Counted from the stretch's first letter, positions 41,313 through 55,806 are shown. The stretch: DNA of 64,000 nucleotides from Octopus vulgaris (GCA_951406725.2 OX597818.1:140864001-140928000), one strand, 5' to 3'. A program made the numbers and translations. The notes: generated by a model not told the origin, from the letters alone.

Positions 41313-41859
41313 CATACATACATATATGTGCACTTATATGCACACAGGGAAATATGCATGTATGCACACATGCGTGTATGCATGTGCATATTAGTGTTAG
41401 TTTGTATATTATTTTCCTATCATTAATTCATTACGTTATTCGAGTGAAGCGAAAATTAATTGGGAATATCCAAGCGAAACGAAATATTCGGATATTTCGC
41501 AACGTTGAAGCTATATTTTGCAACCACAAATACTTCTTTCCTCATACTCATCTGTATTTGTCTGTGCATGAAATCAACGAGTGTTTATGTCCTGTATATG
41601 TGTATGCACATGGATATATATCGCATTTTAATTACACACACACACTCACACCCACACTCACATACACACACACAAACACACACACGCACATATATGTGTT
41701 CATACATATATACAAACGCGCATGCATTCATTCATAATACATGTATATGCGTACATGTTTGTTTGTATGTAGACATGGTTGTGTGGTGCGTGTTTGAGCG
41801 TGTATATACCCTGATAGAATATTTGCATGTCTGTCTATAAACATGTCTATCTATATCTA

Positions 41860-41916
<57 letters not shown>

Positions 41917-42177
41917 GTGTGTGAATGTGTGTATTTATTTCTTAACATATATATATATGTATATATATGTAAGTATATATATGTGTGCGTGTGTATAAGT
42001 TTATATATATATATACCTACAGACGCAAAGAAACAATTATATGTATATATGTACGCACAAGGCGTTATTTAGATATATGTATTTTCAATTTTACTTCTTA
42101 ATTTCATTGCTTTACATATTCCAGCTTCGTGGCTTTCTTCATTTTTATATTTATGTGTATGTACTTTTATGTATCTG

Positions 42178-42208
<31 letters not shown>

Positions 42209-43030
42209 ACGTGTGTGTACATGCGTGCGCCTCTGTGTGTTTATGTGGGCGTGAGCGCTTTTGTGTGTAGCATACATCTGACAAACTAGCCTTCCGAATC
42301 TGCATATTGTGAATAACGTACGTTTGCATGCTCTGTATACATACGTGCATGCTTACATACATTTATAAAAACACTCATATATACGTACAGAAATACACAA
42401 ATAGCGTACAGCTACTGAGCCGAAGAAGAAAAAGTAAAAAAAGAAAGCAAAGAGACACTGATAGACAAAAAGGCAGACAGACAGGCAGGCAGCTAAGAAA
42501 GAAAACCTAAAACAAAAAATACGTTTTCAACGTCCAACGACTCTGTTTCAGCTTTTTAGAAAGTTTACTTGTTTTCTCGCCCAGGCTTCTTATTTCTTTC
42601 AGAATATAATACTATCTCCGTCCTTAATTTTGTTGCTGTTATAGTTGTTATTGAATTGATATACCACATGCCTTAGAGCTTGATTATAAACATATACGTT
42701 TAGCGCAATGGCTAATGACCATGCATAAATTCAGGATAAAAAAGATCTGCTGACTTGTTTAGATACATTGGAACAAGACGAAAAAAAAACAGGAAAAAAA
42801 TATATGTATAAAATAATATGAAAATATAGAATGAAATGTTTTATACACATATCAAAACAATACACACACACTCATGAGTGTGTGTGTATAATTATATGTA
42901 TATAAATCTCTAAGAACTAGTATTACTAGTATACATACACACAAACACATATATATATGTATATGTATACACATGTGTGTATATAAGTATATGTATAGAT
43001 ATATATATATATATGCTCATACACACACAC

Positions 43031-43074
<44 letters not shown>

Positions 43075-43188
43075 GTATGTATATACGCAAAACATGCACA
43101 CACAAACACATATAAATATACGTATACATATATATATATGTGCACATGCATATATATGTATATATATATATATGTATATATGTATATG

Positions 43189-43220
<32 letters not shown>

Positions 43221-43727
43221 ATCAATAAATACATATATATAGGTGTGTGGTGTGTGTGTGTGTTATGTAAAGAAAACCAATAGTAAATCGAAAGTAAACT
43301 TAACATGACCAATAGGTATGAAGAACACAAGAATAGTAGAAAGTAAGAAAAAAATTTACTTTTTTCACGTTTTCTATATTTCTTTAGTCTTCTGTTTCGT
43401 AATTTTTCGGTGTTACTGATGGTGCTACAACTACTACTACTACTACTACTGCTGCTGCTGCTCCTGCTGCTGCTGCTACTACCACCATTGCTGTTGTTTT
43501 TGCTGCTGCGGTCGTTGTTGTTGATCTTAGATTTTTGCTGTTTTGTAATAATGTAATGTGTTACATTACATCCGGAGATGAACCAAGGAATCAACGATAT
43601 CAGTGCAATGCAGCGGAGAATACAACCAATTAAATGTATACGCCTAACTATACATACCTAAATATACGCGCGCGCTAACACACGCAGCTATGCATATCTA
43701 TTCTTATACACACACACAATATATATA

Positions 43728-43799
<72 letters not shown>

Positions 43800-43803
<4 letters not shown>

Positions 43804-43927
43804 GAATGGAGTCGAACGACGATTTAACAAAATTCCTTTATTCTCGACATATGTTTCGAAGACTGCATTTGCTACCCAGGTATCGGTTAACCGAATTATC
43901 CATACTAGGATAATTCATTCAACTACT

Positions 43928-43930
<3 letters not shown>
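43800..43930 (-). mobile_element. PLE-like terminal fragment with the 3' half of a hammerhead
   Basis: Minus strand cttCGAAAcatatgTCgagaa (43841-43862): palindromic stem III ACATATGT and GUC site; (TA)n on both sides; CUGANGA half absent. Confidence 0.55.
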
Positions 43931-43992
<62 letters not shown>

Positions 43993-44944
43993 ATATATAT
44001 ATATATATATACGTTTATATATGAATACGCAAGAAAACATAATTATATGTCTGTGTGTGTGGGTGAATGTGTGTGTGTGTGGGATTGGGGTGCATGTGTG
44101 TGTTTGAATACATCCGGATTTATAACGCATCAAATAGTGTTCGATATGTATTGTTGATTTTTAATTCGAATTTAGTTTATTCGAATGTCAGTTTTCTCTC
44201 CGCTTTTACTCTCAGTTTCAGAAGCCTCAGATAAAATGCATTTGAGAGGAAACAAATGAATACTAGCTATGGAATAGATGAGGATCTTATCAAAGTCTGA
44301 TGACGGAAAACAAAACATATTACAACAAAACCTAACTAACTTAAGTACTTTTCTGCAAAATATTTCAGTTAATACTCCTTGCAAGCATATGGGCCTGCCA
44401 AGAAAGTAATGGCGACTAATATAATGTAAAAAAATCTTATTGTTCAAATGCAAATAGTAGTTGTCATCAAACTAATTTTTACATTGATTACTCAAGTAAT
44501 GCACCGTCTTCCCAGCTCACCATACATTCGCAACAACGAGCATCTCCAATATACGAAGGGTCATAACTCAGCAAATGATCGCACATTCTATAAATTTTTC
44601 ATCTATATATCGCCTTTCGTATTTATCCTTTCTGAATGATTTTCACAAATGTCCATACTGATTATGCCTAATGAAATAATGGATGTTTTCTGATATTTAC
44701 CCGCTACATAGTATACAAATATATGACGTTCTGGAAAGTTATGTAACCCATTGGAATATCTTAAGTACTGCATAAAAGTCATAGGGAAATATAACAAATG
44801 TTTTGCATATATTTGTGTGTGTATGTTTATGTATATATATATACATACATATATATATATATATATTATTTTATAGATAAATTTCCTCTATTTACATAAT
44901 ATTGAGGTCTCTTTCTTTCTTTTGTTATCTTACCATTTTTACCA

Positions 44945-45028
<84 letters not shown>

Positions 45029-45035
45029 ATATAAA

Positions 45036-45672
45036 TAACACTTCCATCGGATTTCTCGACATTTCGGTCGACATACATCACTCCGCTCTCACTACTTCTA
45101 TCCACTACAAATACACCGACTCACACTCATGCCTTAATTTCTCCTCTTCCCACCCTACACACACAAAGCTGTCTATCCCCTACTCCTAATTCCTCCGTCT
45201 CCGCAGACTCTACAGTGGTAACCATAGCTTTGAGACTCAGTCTCAACTCATGGCTCACCACTTCACCTCTTGTGAATATCCCCTCACCACTATTCACACA
45301 GCCTTTGCCAGAGCATGTTCTGTGATCCATGCCTTTACTCGCTCTCCCTGTACCCACCCCGCCTCGCCGTTGCCCATCTCCCGTTTCCCTTCGCCTACTA
45401 CCCTTCCACCCTGCCCTCCAACGCATCATTCTCCGAGGCTTTCAGCGACTCCAGTCCGACCCTCTCCCCTCGCACATCTCCAGCCTAATCCTTCTCTCCA
45501 AACGAATCCACAAGCTGCGTGACCCCCTGGTCTACAGTTTCTTCCCGAAACCCACCTCCCACCCTGGCTCGTTCGTTTGCTCCCCTACCTACCTCTCTAA
45601 CACCACCATTCTCTCAGGCACCAATCATCGTCCCTATCATATCAGCGGCTCCATTACTTGCACTTCTAGCAA
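45036..45672 (+). mobile_element. Penelope-like reverse transcriptase C-terminal pseudogene fragment
   Basis: [46 protein letters not shown] matches the PLE RT thumb consensus; ends HISGSITCTSS just before the expected GIY-YIG. Confidence 0.88.
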
Positions 45673-46099
45673 AGAATTTACTCCGTAGATTGTTTTTACT
45701 AATTTTACTAATTTCCCCCTCCAACTGCCTCCATTTCTAAATGTCCAAACTGGTTTCTCTTTTAATCTTAATGATATATTATTAGCCTTATTTATTCCAT
45801 AATGTTGTATTTGTGCAGCCTAGTATATACTGCCCTAAGCGTTTTCGGACCCCTTACAACCCCTTTCGGACCCCTTTCCTTTGTGCCATTTTTCCTTACA
45901 TTTATTTATTTATTTTACCCGGTATAACGGTCTCAATAGCTGGTCTTTTGTTTTTAAATTTTAACTGACCAGTTAAATCAAACGCTGGACCTTGGTCTAT
46001 TTCACTTCGGATGGGCTTAAATCACCGATTAATAAGTAAAAAATTACATTTAATCAATTAGGATTTTATTTTGATAAATACTATTAATTAGTATTATAA

Positions 46100-46540
46100 A
46101 AATTATTATGATTAATTTGAAAACTTATAGGATCTTCACGGCTTCTTCGACTAAACTTAATGGCTATTATTTTGTTATTAATTATCCAGCCTATGCACCC
46201 CACTAAGAAGGATTAACCCACAAAATACTATATTAAGTCTAGTCCTTTACTAGTTCCAAAGAGACACACAAGCAAAATGATATGATTGTAACCATATTCA
46301 ACTTCTTTTTCATCTCTAAGCTCTTCTTTTTTATTTATTCTTCACTGATGAATTTCCATGTTTCAGATCAGTTTTATTACCAAATATGTTAGATATGTTT
46401 TTAGCATATCAATGGCAATACCATACAACACTGGAAGAAGAAACAACTGTTAGATGGGATGCAGTCTATTTGCATTGAATTAATAAATGATAACTGATGT
46501 AAGTCAATTGTTGTTCAATAATATTTCTCCATTTTCTGTT
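46100..46540 (+). mobile_element. PLE 3' remnant of a second family, with hammerhead
   Basis: LSSLCTP..GLT resembles a GIY-YIG C-terminus; terminus ctccattttct is the reverse complement of agaaaatggag at 6101. Confidence 0.5.
46341..46455 (+). ncRNA. Hammerhead motif with long stem II insertion (decayed)
   Basis: ttca CTGATGA at-ttcca...tggaa-gaa GAAA caactg TT agat. Stem III is one base off the ACAGCTGT palindrome; stem I is weak. Confidence 0.55.
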
Positions 46541-48747
46541 TTCTTTAAAATTCGATTCCTTATAAACTCATGTATGTTTATCTTTGTCTTTACCAATAAT
46601 TTTTGAGCATAATATGCTTGCATATGTATGCCCATGGTTAAACATACATTTTGCCGCGTACGTTCACAAGTATAAAATACACAACATTAGTGTTATCCCG
46701 CCTATATATTTGCATTATAAGTAGATTCCAAATTTCATATATCATTCTTTCAGACATATAATTCTATGTATTGATGCTGATGTGCGTCTGCTTCTGAATA
46801 AGCGTATATTGTTAATTGGAATTTCGTCATTAAAGATGGCCATTGTTAAATGTTAATTATCAGATTGTTCAAGCATAAAGGTGTCCAGCATGGAAATGAC
46901 ATTTTCCTTAAGTGTATACCAATTTCATATAATCTACTTAACTCTGATCTTAACATCACACAAAAACATCAAAGTAATTAGAATTTATAAAGTCCTCGCT
47001 AACAGTAAAATAATCGTATTCCGTGCCAACAGACATGGTATCTTAATTCAATTGAAATGGCTAACGCAGTTCAAAGAGCAAAGGATTAATGTAACTGATC
47101 TTATATAATATATATTATCCTTCAGTTTTATGGTTGATTAATGTTAAGATGTTTCTATGCATGTAATTAATCTCTGTCTGATTCGATTGTTTTCCTCGTT
47201 AGAAATTGAATCCGCGCAGTAATGTGTTTCAGTAGTAATTTTAATCTTGGATATTTCGTGAGAGCTAAGCGAACGGAAAGGAAGAATTAAGAATTATGGG
47301 ACGAATGCTAGTCTGGTTCACACTGTTTCCATCTGGTCAGACTAGTAACAATGATTTCATTTGATCAGCTTCAAGAACAATTACAGATTTAGGCAGTATA
47401 TATCTTGCATTAATTGAAATCAGGAAAGTACAGCTTCAAATTAGGCAAAGTTTAATTTATCGATAGCATATCAGCATGGCCCAATGATCTGTGGGTAAGA
47501 TAAATGCTTCTGATATTACTTAGACGTCGAAAACAAGTTCCATTGTTTCGCTTATTTATACACTTTTAGACACATACAAATGTACCACGAAATAAGTACC
47601 AGGGATGTACAACTGCTAATCTCACGGTAAACAGTGTCGTCAACAAGATCTCGTGATAATGCCTGTGGATATATCCTTCGATAAAGGCTTTTGGGAAGCT
47701 GTTGTAGATATACTCCAGGCTATCTAACTTAGATAACTGTGAAGTCACAGGACAAGCCAGTGACTTCACACGGCCCCAAAAGTACACATTGTATGGAATT
47801 GCTAGCATATTGTAAGACTGGATTCAGAATCTTGTTCAATGGGACTCGGTTTTCCAAATCTAGGTCCAAGCGATTTCGCACTCAGCGGTCTTCTTCAGTC
47901 TTGACAACTTCCCTGCTACCACATTCCTCGCAGTAGATCAGTACTTGCTTATCATACTGGAACAGCAGCTTCCTATTATTTCACTATTCTATGTTATAGT
48001 GAGGTGTTGTGCTGCTACCCGAGCTTGTCATTCCAAGAATCATTTAGTCCACTATTATCCTGTATCTTAATCAAATTCTGTGGCATCCATAGTTTCTGTT
48101 TCTTTATTCGTCGACTATTTTCAGCTGTTGGTACTAGATTGTAAGACATCTGGGGAGGAGAATTCATGGTATTGCAGCACATTCCTAATTTGCTGTTATT
48201 CTTTCGTCTGTTTCTTAAACGAGCAACTTTAATATGTTGTTGTGCCTGTAAATGACGATGTTAATCAGGCTCAGATATGGTACCAGATATTTCCAAATGA
48301 ACATACTTCACTTCCTATTAAAGATACATGAAATGGATAGGGCCAACTTATGTATTACGGTAAAACGCAGTTCAAGGGACCAGATCGATATCACTTGATT
48401 ATGAACTATTGATATTCTTTTGATTTACGTTTATTTTTGCATATGGAATACAGAAGTAAATGCATACAGGAAAAACAAAATAGAGAATGTTTACATGAAT
48501 CAGCAATAGAAGAACAAAGATAGAAATTGAGATACTTCAATCAATTCTTATTCTATTTTCGTAATTTGTTTAACAGTTTCAAAGTGAACACGTTGCAATT
48601 TTTTCAATAACTATAATGTGAAACTACAGGATATATAGAAATACTTTCTGTTCTAATGAATGACAATGATGAAAGTAAAAAATATGATTATTAATTTCTT
48701 GTTTGATTGCCTTCATAGAATACCCAGAGCATATAAAAACACGCTTG

Positions 48748-48789
<42 letters not shown>

Positions 48790-49006
48790 TCTATTTTCTT
48801 ATCACCACGTAAGGAAATATTTTGTCTTAATATTTCCATATTGTTTACAGTTAACATGAAAGTCGTAATGATATGGGTATTCGTAACATCTAAGATATAT
48901 TTATATTTGAAGAATTTGTTTATATGTGTGTACATTTATTTCTGTATTCATTTATTTATTTATGCATATATTTTACGTAAAAATATGTTTATTGTATATG
49001 TGTGTG

Positions 49007-49091
<85 letters not shown>

Positions 49092-49124
49092 AAGAGTCAG
49101 ACAGACAAATAGATTGACAGATAA

Positions 49125-49155
<31 letters not shown>

Positions 49156-49253
49156 CAAATATACGTACAAATACATATTCATATACATATGTGTGTGTGT
49201 GTGTGTGTGTTAGCACAATGCACGAATGCACGTAAATATGTACATATGTGTCC

Positions 49254-49286
<33 letters not shown>

Positions 49287-49300
49287 TACATACATATATA

Positions 49301-50176
49301 CAGGGTGCGGTGTATAAACTGTCGTCTAAATTACGCAAAAATGAAAATAACAATGATATCTCATTTTAACAGAATATATTTAGCAAAATTACATAAAAAT
49401 ATCATGAAATACTAAAGAGTAAATTTATTCAATAAGATTACCATTGGCTTCAACCACGTCCTCTACTCGACTTCGGAATCTTCTGCAACACATCTGGGCT
49501 TCTCTTTATTTAAGTTGGTGAAAGCTGCCATAATCTTTGCCCTCAGTTCATCTTTGGTGTTACAAGGAGTTTTTGTTGGTTTCTCGCTCAACAGCGCCCC
49601 GCGCATAATAATCAAGGGGTTTGCAGTTTGGGGAGTTAGGTGGCCAGATGTTAGGGGTGAAGTGATTGCAGAAATTTTCTGACAGCCATGACTAGATTCT
49701 CTTGCTTATGAGGCATTGTGCAGACTCCTGCTGCTAGTCTTCCAGCTGCACCCTCTTGTCCCAGACGAGCACTACCGCCTCCAGACACTTGATGTAGGCC
49801 TCCGTGTTCAGTTTGAGGCTGTGTGGAATGAGAAATGGAGGCATAACCCCGCCATCACTAGTGATCACACCAAACAGCATGATGTTCACTGGATGTTTGA
49901 TGTTTATCACTCTCGGTACACGTCTTCAGATTCACCGTCCATAGATTGACACGCAAACACTCTGAAATGTTCGTACTAGGGCTTCAGGCGTGAAAGCAAA
50001 ATAGTGCAGCATGTCATTTCCAAATTTCTGGTAGAGTGAATTACGTCATGGTACTGTTTTTCTCATAGATGGTTCCCGACTGGCCCTACTATATTGTGTA
50101 TTCGACAAAATCAAAAACAAAGCTCTTACACGAAATCAAAAATATAACGTAGCGACAATTTACCCATCACACCATG
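49301..50176 (-). mobile_element. Internally deleted IS630-Tc1-mariner element (maT/DD37D-like)
   Basis: Imperfect TIRs cagggtgcggtgtataaactgtcg / catggtgtgatgggtaaattgtcg; minus-strand motifs MLFGVITSDGGVMPPFLIP and WLSENF..IWPPNSQTANPLDYY. Confidence 0.8.
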
Positions 50177-50259
50177 TGTATGTATATATATGTTTGTGTG
50201 CATTATGCATGCATGTATGTATGTATGTATGTATGTATGTATGTATGTATGTATGTATG

Positions 50260-50320
<61 letters not shown>

Positions 50321-50415
50321 TTATATTTAGGAGGAAAAATGATGGATTTTTCCCTTATGAGGTTTTTCACGCTAACTACTTGATAAATTCTTAGAAAGAT
50401 TTTATCCTATTTTTC

Positions 50416-50484
<69 letters not shown>

Positions 50485-50747
50485 CGTTATAGTTACAGAC
50501 ATAGCGTGATTCCGAGTACACTCATGATATATAACATCCTAACTCTTTTGGATCGAAAAATAAATAGGGAAAATCAGCCAATGGAATCAACCCAATGGAC
50601 CGGCATGACTACATAAAATCACACAGTGATCAACTAAATCGAAACACAACCAAAATGAACGTCAGAAGAAAAAAAAATTAAGTACTGTAGTATTTACTAC
50701 TAAACTTAACTTTCCGGTTAATAAAACAGAATTAATATAAACTTAGC

Positions 50748-50962
50748 TAAAGCGACAAGCTAACATAATTGTTAGCACTGAGAGCAAAATGCTTCGCGGC
50801 ATTTCAACCGTTTTTACGTACTGTGTTCAAACTCCACCAAGGTCAAATTTACCTTTCGTCTTTCCAGAGTCGATAAACTGAGTAACAATTGAGCACCTGG
50901 GTCGATATAATCGACTTAATCTCTCCCCGCACTTGTTCGTCTTTCGCCAAATTTTGGAACCA
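50748..50962 (+). mobile_element. SINE family B, diverged
   Basis: aaagcgacaagcta..gttagcac..gttcaaactccaccaaggtcaaatttacctttc. Confidence 0.7.
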
Positions 50963-51049
50963 ATAAAAAATTTGTGCGAAAGAACAACCCCAGTGTATGT
51001 ACGCGAAAAACAAGAAAACTTTATCTTATTTACGAAAGCATATTTAAAC

Positions 51050-52480
51050 ACAAAAAGAACAGCAGTAACCGAGTAACATTTGAATAGGAAAATGCCACGA
51101 GAGATATTCCCATGGAAAAGTATTCTGCAAAATGAACATTATTATCGAATGCTGCACTCTTCCGAGTCACTACAAAAAAGTATATATATAAATGCAACAC
51201 AAACATATTATACAGCACAAAAGATATGTTGCATCTCGTACTAAACAAGAAACAGACAACTCCAAATTTAATCCTACCAAGTAATAGTAATAGGGAGAAA
51301 AAACCGTTAATGCCAGCAAAATTTAATAAATGCAGTGACTTGGAAAATATGATAGAGGAAATGAAGCAAAATGTTGAAGAGATAAAACTTATACGAATTG
51401 AAGACATGATGTAAAACAGCAAAATACAGCATAAAAATTGATCCCTAATCAAACCAGCTAGCCGTGAATTAGAAATAATTCCAAACAAATAAATGAATGA
51501 AATGTAACTACTTTAAACCAAATAATGTAAAACAGGTCATTTATGGCATCCAGAGCTTCTAGGCACAAAATAATAGAGAAAATCAGAACATCAGCAACAT
51601 ATCTCGTTTAGAAACAAAATGTTCAACATTATATGAATCGTAAGAGAAAAAAATATAAGTAAAATAGCTAAGCACCTAAACGGGGCCACATAAAAATGCA
51701 CGTTACATAGAAATTTTAATATTCCGGAATATTCCAAATACTCATCCGACAAATAAAATTTCTACAATGTGGAGAATCAGAAATTCCATTGAAGGACCAA
51801 ATATTTCAATCAAAATACAATGTTTCGAAACGATAAATGAAAACTTTACAGAGGTAAATAACGAAACAGTTTCACCAGCTTATTTTATTGTAGCAGCAAT
51901 AAACCTCTATATATCTCATCACATTTAAGGAAACTGCTTCCATAAGTACCCCAGTAGATGGCCGAAGCAAAATTCAGTCAAATTCCAAACGCATACCCGG
52001 TCATCTAAATACCAAGCCACTCTTTGGAACACTTCACTGAAGACACCATGTATCATGACTCAACTCTCATACGGAAATACAGAAAATACCTCACCTTTTA
52101 TTCTCTTAACGAGATATAGATTTCATCACCGAAAATCCCTAGCGCATGTTCTACAACTTAAGGTAGTTTATGGAAGAGGTGCAAATGAACAAGGCATTTC
52201 TAAAAGGAGAAAAGTAAAAAGTTAAACTCAATATACGAGGAAATAACGAAATAGATACTCCATTTATATCCTCAAAAGTACAAATATTTTTAGAAGTAAA
52301 CACGACGGCAAAATCTGTAAGGCAGCAGAGGATTTGCGTTCATGGATTTCCGGATGGAAAATAACTCGGTTGCATCCGAACTTATCGGTATATTCTACAA
52401 AATTAATGTTTGGTCGTATGAGTCTTAAAAAAATTGTATCTTTCAATCGATAAACACCTGTACAGAATTGTTCCCCTTGG
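51050..52480 (+). mobile_element. Possible highly decayed non-LTR RT remnant
   Basis: A-rich, ORF-like composition; TVSPAYFIVAAINL near 51866-51907 loosely resembles the RT LSPxLF motif. Confidence 0.25.
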
Positions 52481-52717
52481 TATTTGGTCTGAAAGGTGTT
52501 ATGGTGTATTGAGTGTAACTTTTTACTGTTTTAATCCGTTGTTATATTTCTCAGCTTCATCTAAATGTTTAAGCTTTTTGTCGAATGAGACAAGTTTCAA
52601 AGCAGTGGTGAACTTAGCAAAAGAGATATTTGGTGCTCTGCTTTCGCTGTTGCTGCTGCTGCTGCTGCTACTGTTCTTGTTGTTATTGTCATCGTTCTCA
52701 CTGCTATTACACTTTCG

Positions 52718-52961
52718 CGTAGAAGTGCAATGGCCCAATGGTAAGGGCAGCGGACTCGCGGTCCTGGGATCGTGGTTTCGATTCCCAGACCGGACGTTGT
52801 GAGTGTTTATTGAGCAAATACACCTAAAGCACCACGCGGCTCCGGCAGGGCGTGGTGGCGAACCCTGCTCTATTCTTTCACCACAACTTTTCTTACTCTT
52901 TCTTCCTATTTCTCTTGTACCTGCATTTCAAAGGGCCAGCCTTGTCACACACTGTGTCACA
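52718..52961 (+). mobile_element. SINE family C, 3'-truncated
   Basis: Matches the 5' portion of 63001-63380. Confidence 0.85.
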
Positions 52962-53186
52962 CTCTTTCTCAACTAAAAAACAAGGTGGGACGATAAAAGC
53001 AACCGAAACAGTCATTTAAAAAAAAGTCAATGAGAGAGCAGCTGATGAAGCTTCCAAAACACGTCTAGCTTCGTCGATAAACACCAACAATAAGAACACC
53101 ATCAACAACAACAACAATAACAACAGCAACAACGTCGACAAAAACAACAAAAGCAACACAACAACAACAACAACAACAACAATAAC

Positions 53187-53234
<48 letters not shown>

Positions 53235-53236
<2 letters not shown>

Positions 53237-53582
53237 AAAATGTGGCATCTCAAGGCGACTACAGTACCAGTGATTGTAGGATCTCTAGGAATGATAAAAA
53301 AAGGTACTGAAACCTATTTGAAAATGATTCTAGGCTTACCATCCCTACAGGAAGTGCAAAAAATCGTTTTAACTGGAAGGGCTCATGTACTGAGAAGAGC
53401 ACTATCGCTGTGAAAATAACATTCATCCATGAATTTATTTAAGTATTAATTTTTAAATACATATTCTATCTGTGAATTTGCACGTGTAATCTAGGAATGC
53501 ATACAATGCCCTTCTCTGCCCTAGGTGTATGGAAAACACTCGGCGAGAAACGGAAGAAAATTTGAAGAAAGAAGGAAAAAAC
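53235..53582 (+). mobile_element. R4/Dong-like LINE 3' end inserted in (TAA)n
   Basis: MWHLKATTVPVIVGSLGMIKKGTETYLKMILGLPSLQEVQKIVLTGRAHVLRRALSL* (RLE C-terminus) plus 3' UTR; (TAA)n on both sides. Confidence 0.85.
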
Positions 53583-53615
<33 letters not shown>

Positions 53616-54440
53616 GACAATTTTGGAGAGCCACTGAAAAGGTATGCAGAGCAAAATCCTGGGCTTGGTTAAAAAAGGACAATTAAAACAAGAAACAAAG
53701 AGCCTAATTGTAGCAGCCCAGGATCAAGCGATAAAACAGACAACTTGAGGGGAAATGTATATGGAAAGAACGTGTCAGAAAAATGCAGAATCTGAGGAAC
53801 TTGGAATGAGACAGTGGTATGCATCATTGTAGAATGTTCCGAGTTGGAGCAGAAAGAATATAAGAAATGGAGGCATGACAAATAGTAAAAGTTTTATACT
53901 GGAAGCTTTGCCAGAAATGAGGATTTGAAGTTGGACACACATGATATAAACATCAGTTCGAAAGAGTTCAAAAGTCAGAGAATTGCAAGATTCCGTGGGT
54001 CGTTCGTATTTAAACGGACAAGAAACAAGAAAATAATAGGCCAGACGTAATAATAGACAAGAAAAATCGAAGCTGCCTACAAATTGACCAATCATGCCCG
54101 ATCTTAGTCCCGGATCGTAAAGAAGGAAGACGAAAAAAATACAATCCCTTAAAATTTGAAATTGCAAGAATTTTGAATATGAAAATGGTAAAGCTTGAGC
54201 CTATAATAATTGGTGTATTTGGAACTGTAAGCAAATATATAGACGGTTGAAGGGAAATTGAATAGAATGCTTTGAAGAGGTTTTTACGGAAAGTTTGCGT
54301 TTTAGAGACGGGAAGTTTTATCGGGAGGATCTTAAGCCCTCGAAAGACTATTGAAAGTATTGTGGATGCCTAAGGCTACATGTCGTAACCCGCTGCCCAC
54401 ATAAATTCTACCAGGAATAAGAACGAACCCGAGTAAAATC

Positions 54441-54442
<2 letters not shown>
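53616..54442 (+). mobile_element. Second R4/Dong-like LINE 3' fragment (different subfamily) in (TAA)n
   Basis: SWAWLKK, ETKSLIVAAQDQAIK, KCRI*GTWNETVVCIIVECSELEQKEYKKWRHD (zinc knuckle plus RHD), RPDVI, EPIIIGVFGTVS. Confidence 0.85.
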
Positions 54443-54510
<68 letters not shown>

Positions 54511-54513
<3 letters not shown>

Positions 54514-54633
54514 TGAACGAACTACTGAGTTTGGTTTAATGGCCTACCAATATACACTATGAGTTTCTTTGCCCTAGGAGTCGGGAAGACACTCGGCAAG
54601 AAATGGAAGAAAATTTGAAAGAAGAAAAAAAAA
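54511..54633 (+). mobile_element. Third R4/Dong-like 3' tail in (TAA)n
   Basis: gccctagg..gaagacactcggcaagaaatggaagaaaatttgaa matches 53518-53570. Confidence 0.75.
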
Positions 54634-54666
<33 letters not shown>

Positions 54667-54667
54667 T

Positions 54668-55349
54668 GAAGAAGAAAAAGAAGAAGAAGAAGAAGAAGAA
54701 GAAGTAGAAGAAAATGAAGAAGAAGAGGAAAAAGAAGGAAGAAGAAGAAGAAGAAGAAGAAGAAGAAGAAGAAAATGAAGAAGAGGAAAAAGAAGAAGGA
54801 GGAGAAGAAGAAGAAGAAGAAGAAGAAGAAAATGAAGAAGAGGAAAAAGAAGAAGGAGGAGAAGAAGAAGAAGAAGAAAATGAAGAAGAGGAAAAAGAAG
54901 AAGGAGGAGGAGAAGTAGAAGAAGAAGAAGAAGAAGAAGAAGAAGAAGAAGAAGAAAATGAAGAAGAGGAAAAAGAAGAAGGAGGAGGAGAAGTAGAAGA
55001 AGAAGAAGAAGAAGAAGAAGAAGAAAATGAAGAAGAAGAGGAAAAGGAGAAGAAGAAGAAAAAGAAGAAAATGAAGAAGAAGAAAATGAAGAAGAAGAGG
55101 AAAAAGGAGAAAAAGAAGAAGAAGAAGAAGAAGAAGAAGAAGAGGAAAAAGGAGAAGAAGAAGAAGAAGTGAAAGAAGAAGAAGAAAATGAAGAAGAAGA
55201 AGAAAAAGAAGGAGAAGAAGAAGAAAATGAAGAAGAAGAAAATGAAGAAGAAGATGAAGAAGAAGAGGAAAAAGGAGAAGAAGAAGAAGAAGAAGAGGAA
55301 AAAGGAGAAGAAGAAGAAGAAGAAGAAGAAGAAGAAGAGGAAAAAGGAG

Positions 55350-55380
<31 letters not shown>

Positions 55381-55600
55381 GAAAGAAGAAGAAGAAAATG
55401 AAGAAGAAGAAGAAAAAGAAGGAGAAGAAGAAGAAGAAAATGAAGAAGAAGAAAAAGAAGGAGAAAATGAAGAAGAAGAAGAAAAAGGAGAAGAAGAAAA
55501 TGAAGAAAATGAAGAAGAAGAAGAAGAAGAAAATGAAGAAAATGAAGAAGAAGAAGAAGAAGAAGAAGAAGAAGAACAACAACAACAACAACAACAACAA
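54668..55600. repeat. ~930-bp compound (GAA)n polypurine array ending in (CAA)n
   Basis: Directly visible, with recurring gaaaat and gaggaaaaag variants. Confidence 0.95.
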
Positions 55601-55669
55601 AAGCAACAGCAATGGTGTGAAATTTGGACAGAGGGCTTGGAATTTTCTTGAGAGGAAGCGTTCAGTCAA

Positions 55670-55806
55670 TAAAACCGATCAAGTATTTCATTGAATGGAC
55701 GAGAGGAAAAGTTGAACCGGACGGGATATGAATTCAGAAGGTAAACAGCTGGAAACGAAACCGCTCAGCATTTTTCCCGGCACGCTAACGATCCTGCCAA
55801 CTCACA
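55670..55806 (-). mobile_element. SINE family B, diverged fragment
   Basis: gaattcagaa..cagcatttttcccggcacgctaacgatcctgccaactc. Similar decayed + strand copies lie at ~57190-57355 and ~58545-58700. Confidence 0.65.

Noticed and set aside
47500-48350. Complex, more GC-balanced stretch as an exon or TE ORF
   Set aside because: No recognisable motif or sustained frame was found by eye; left unclassified.
54557-55694. 370-aa poly-F/S ORF and poly-E/K ORFs
   Set aside because: By-products of the (GAA)n array; open in several frames on both strands with no complex sequence.
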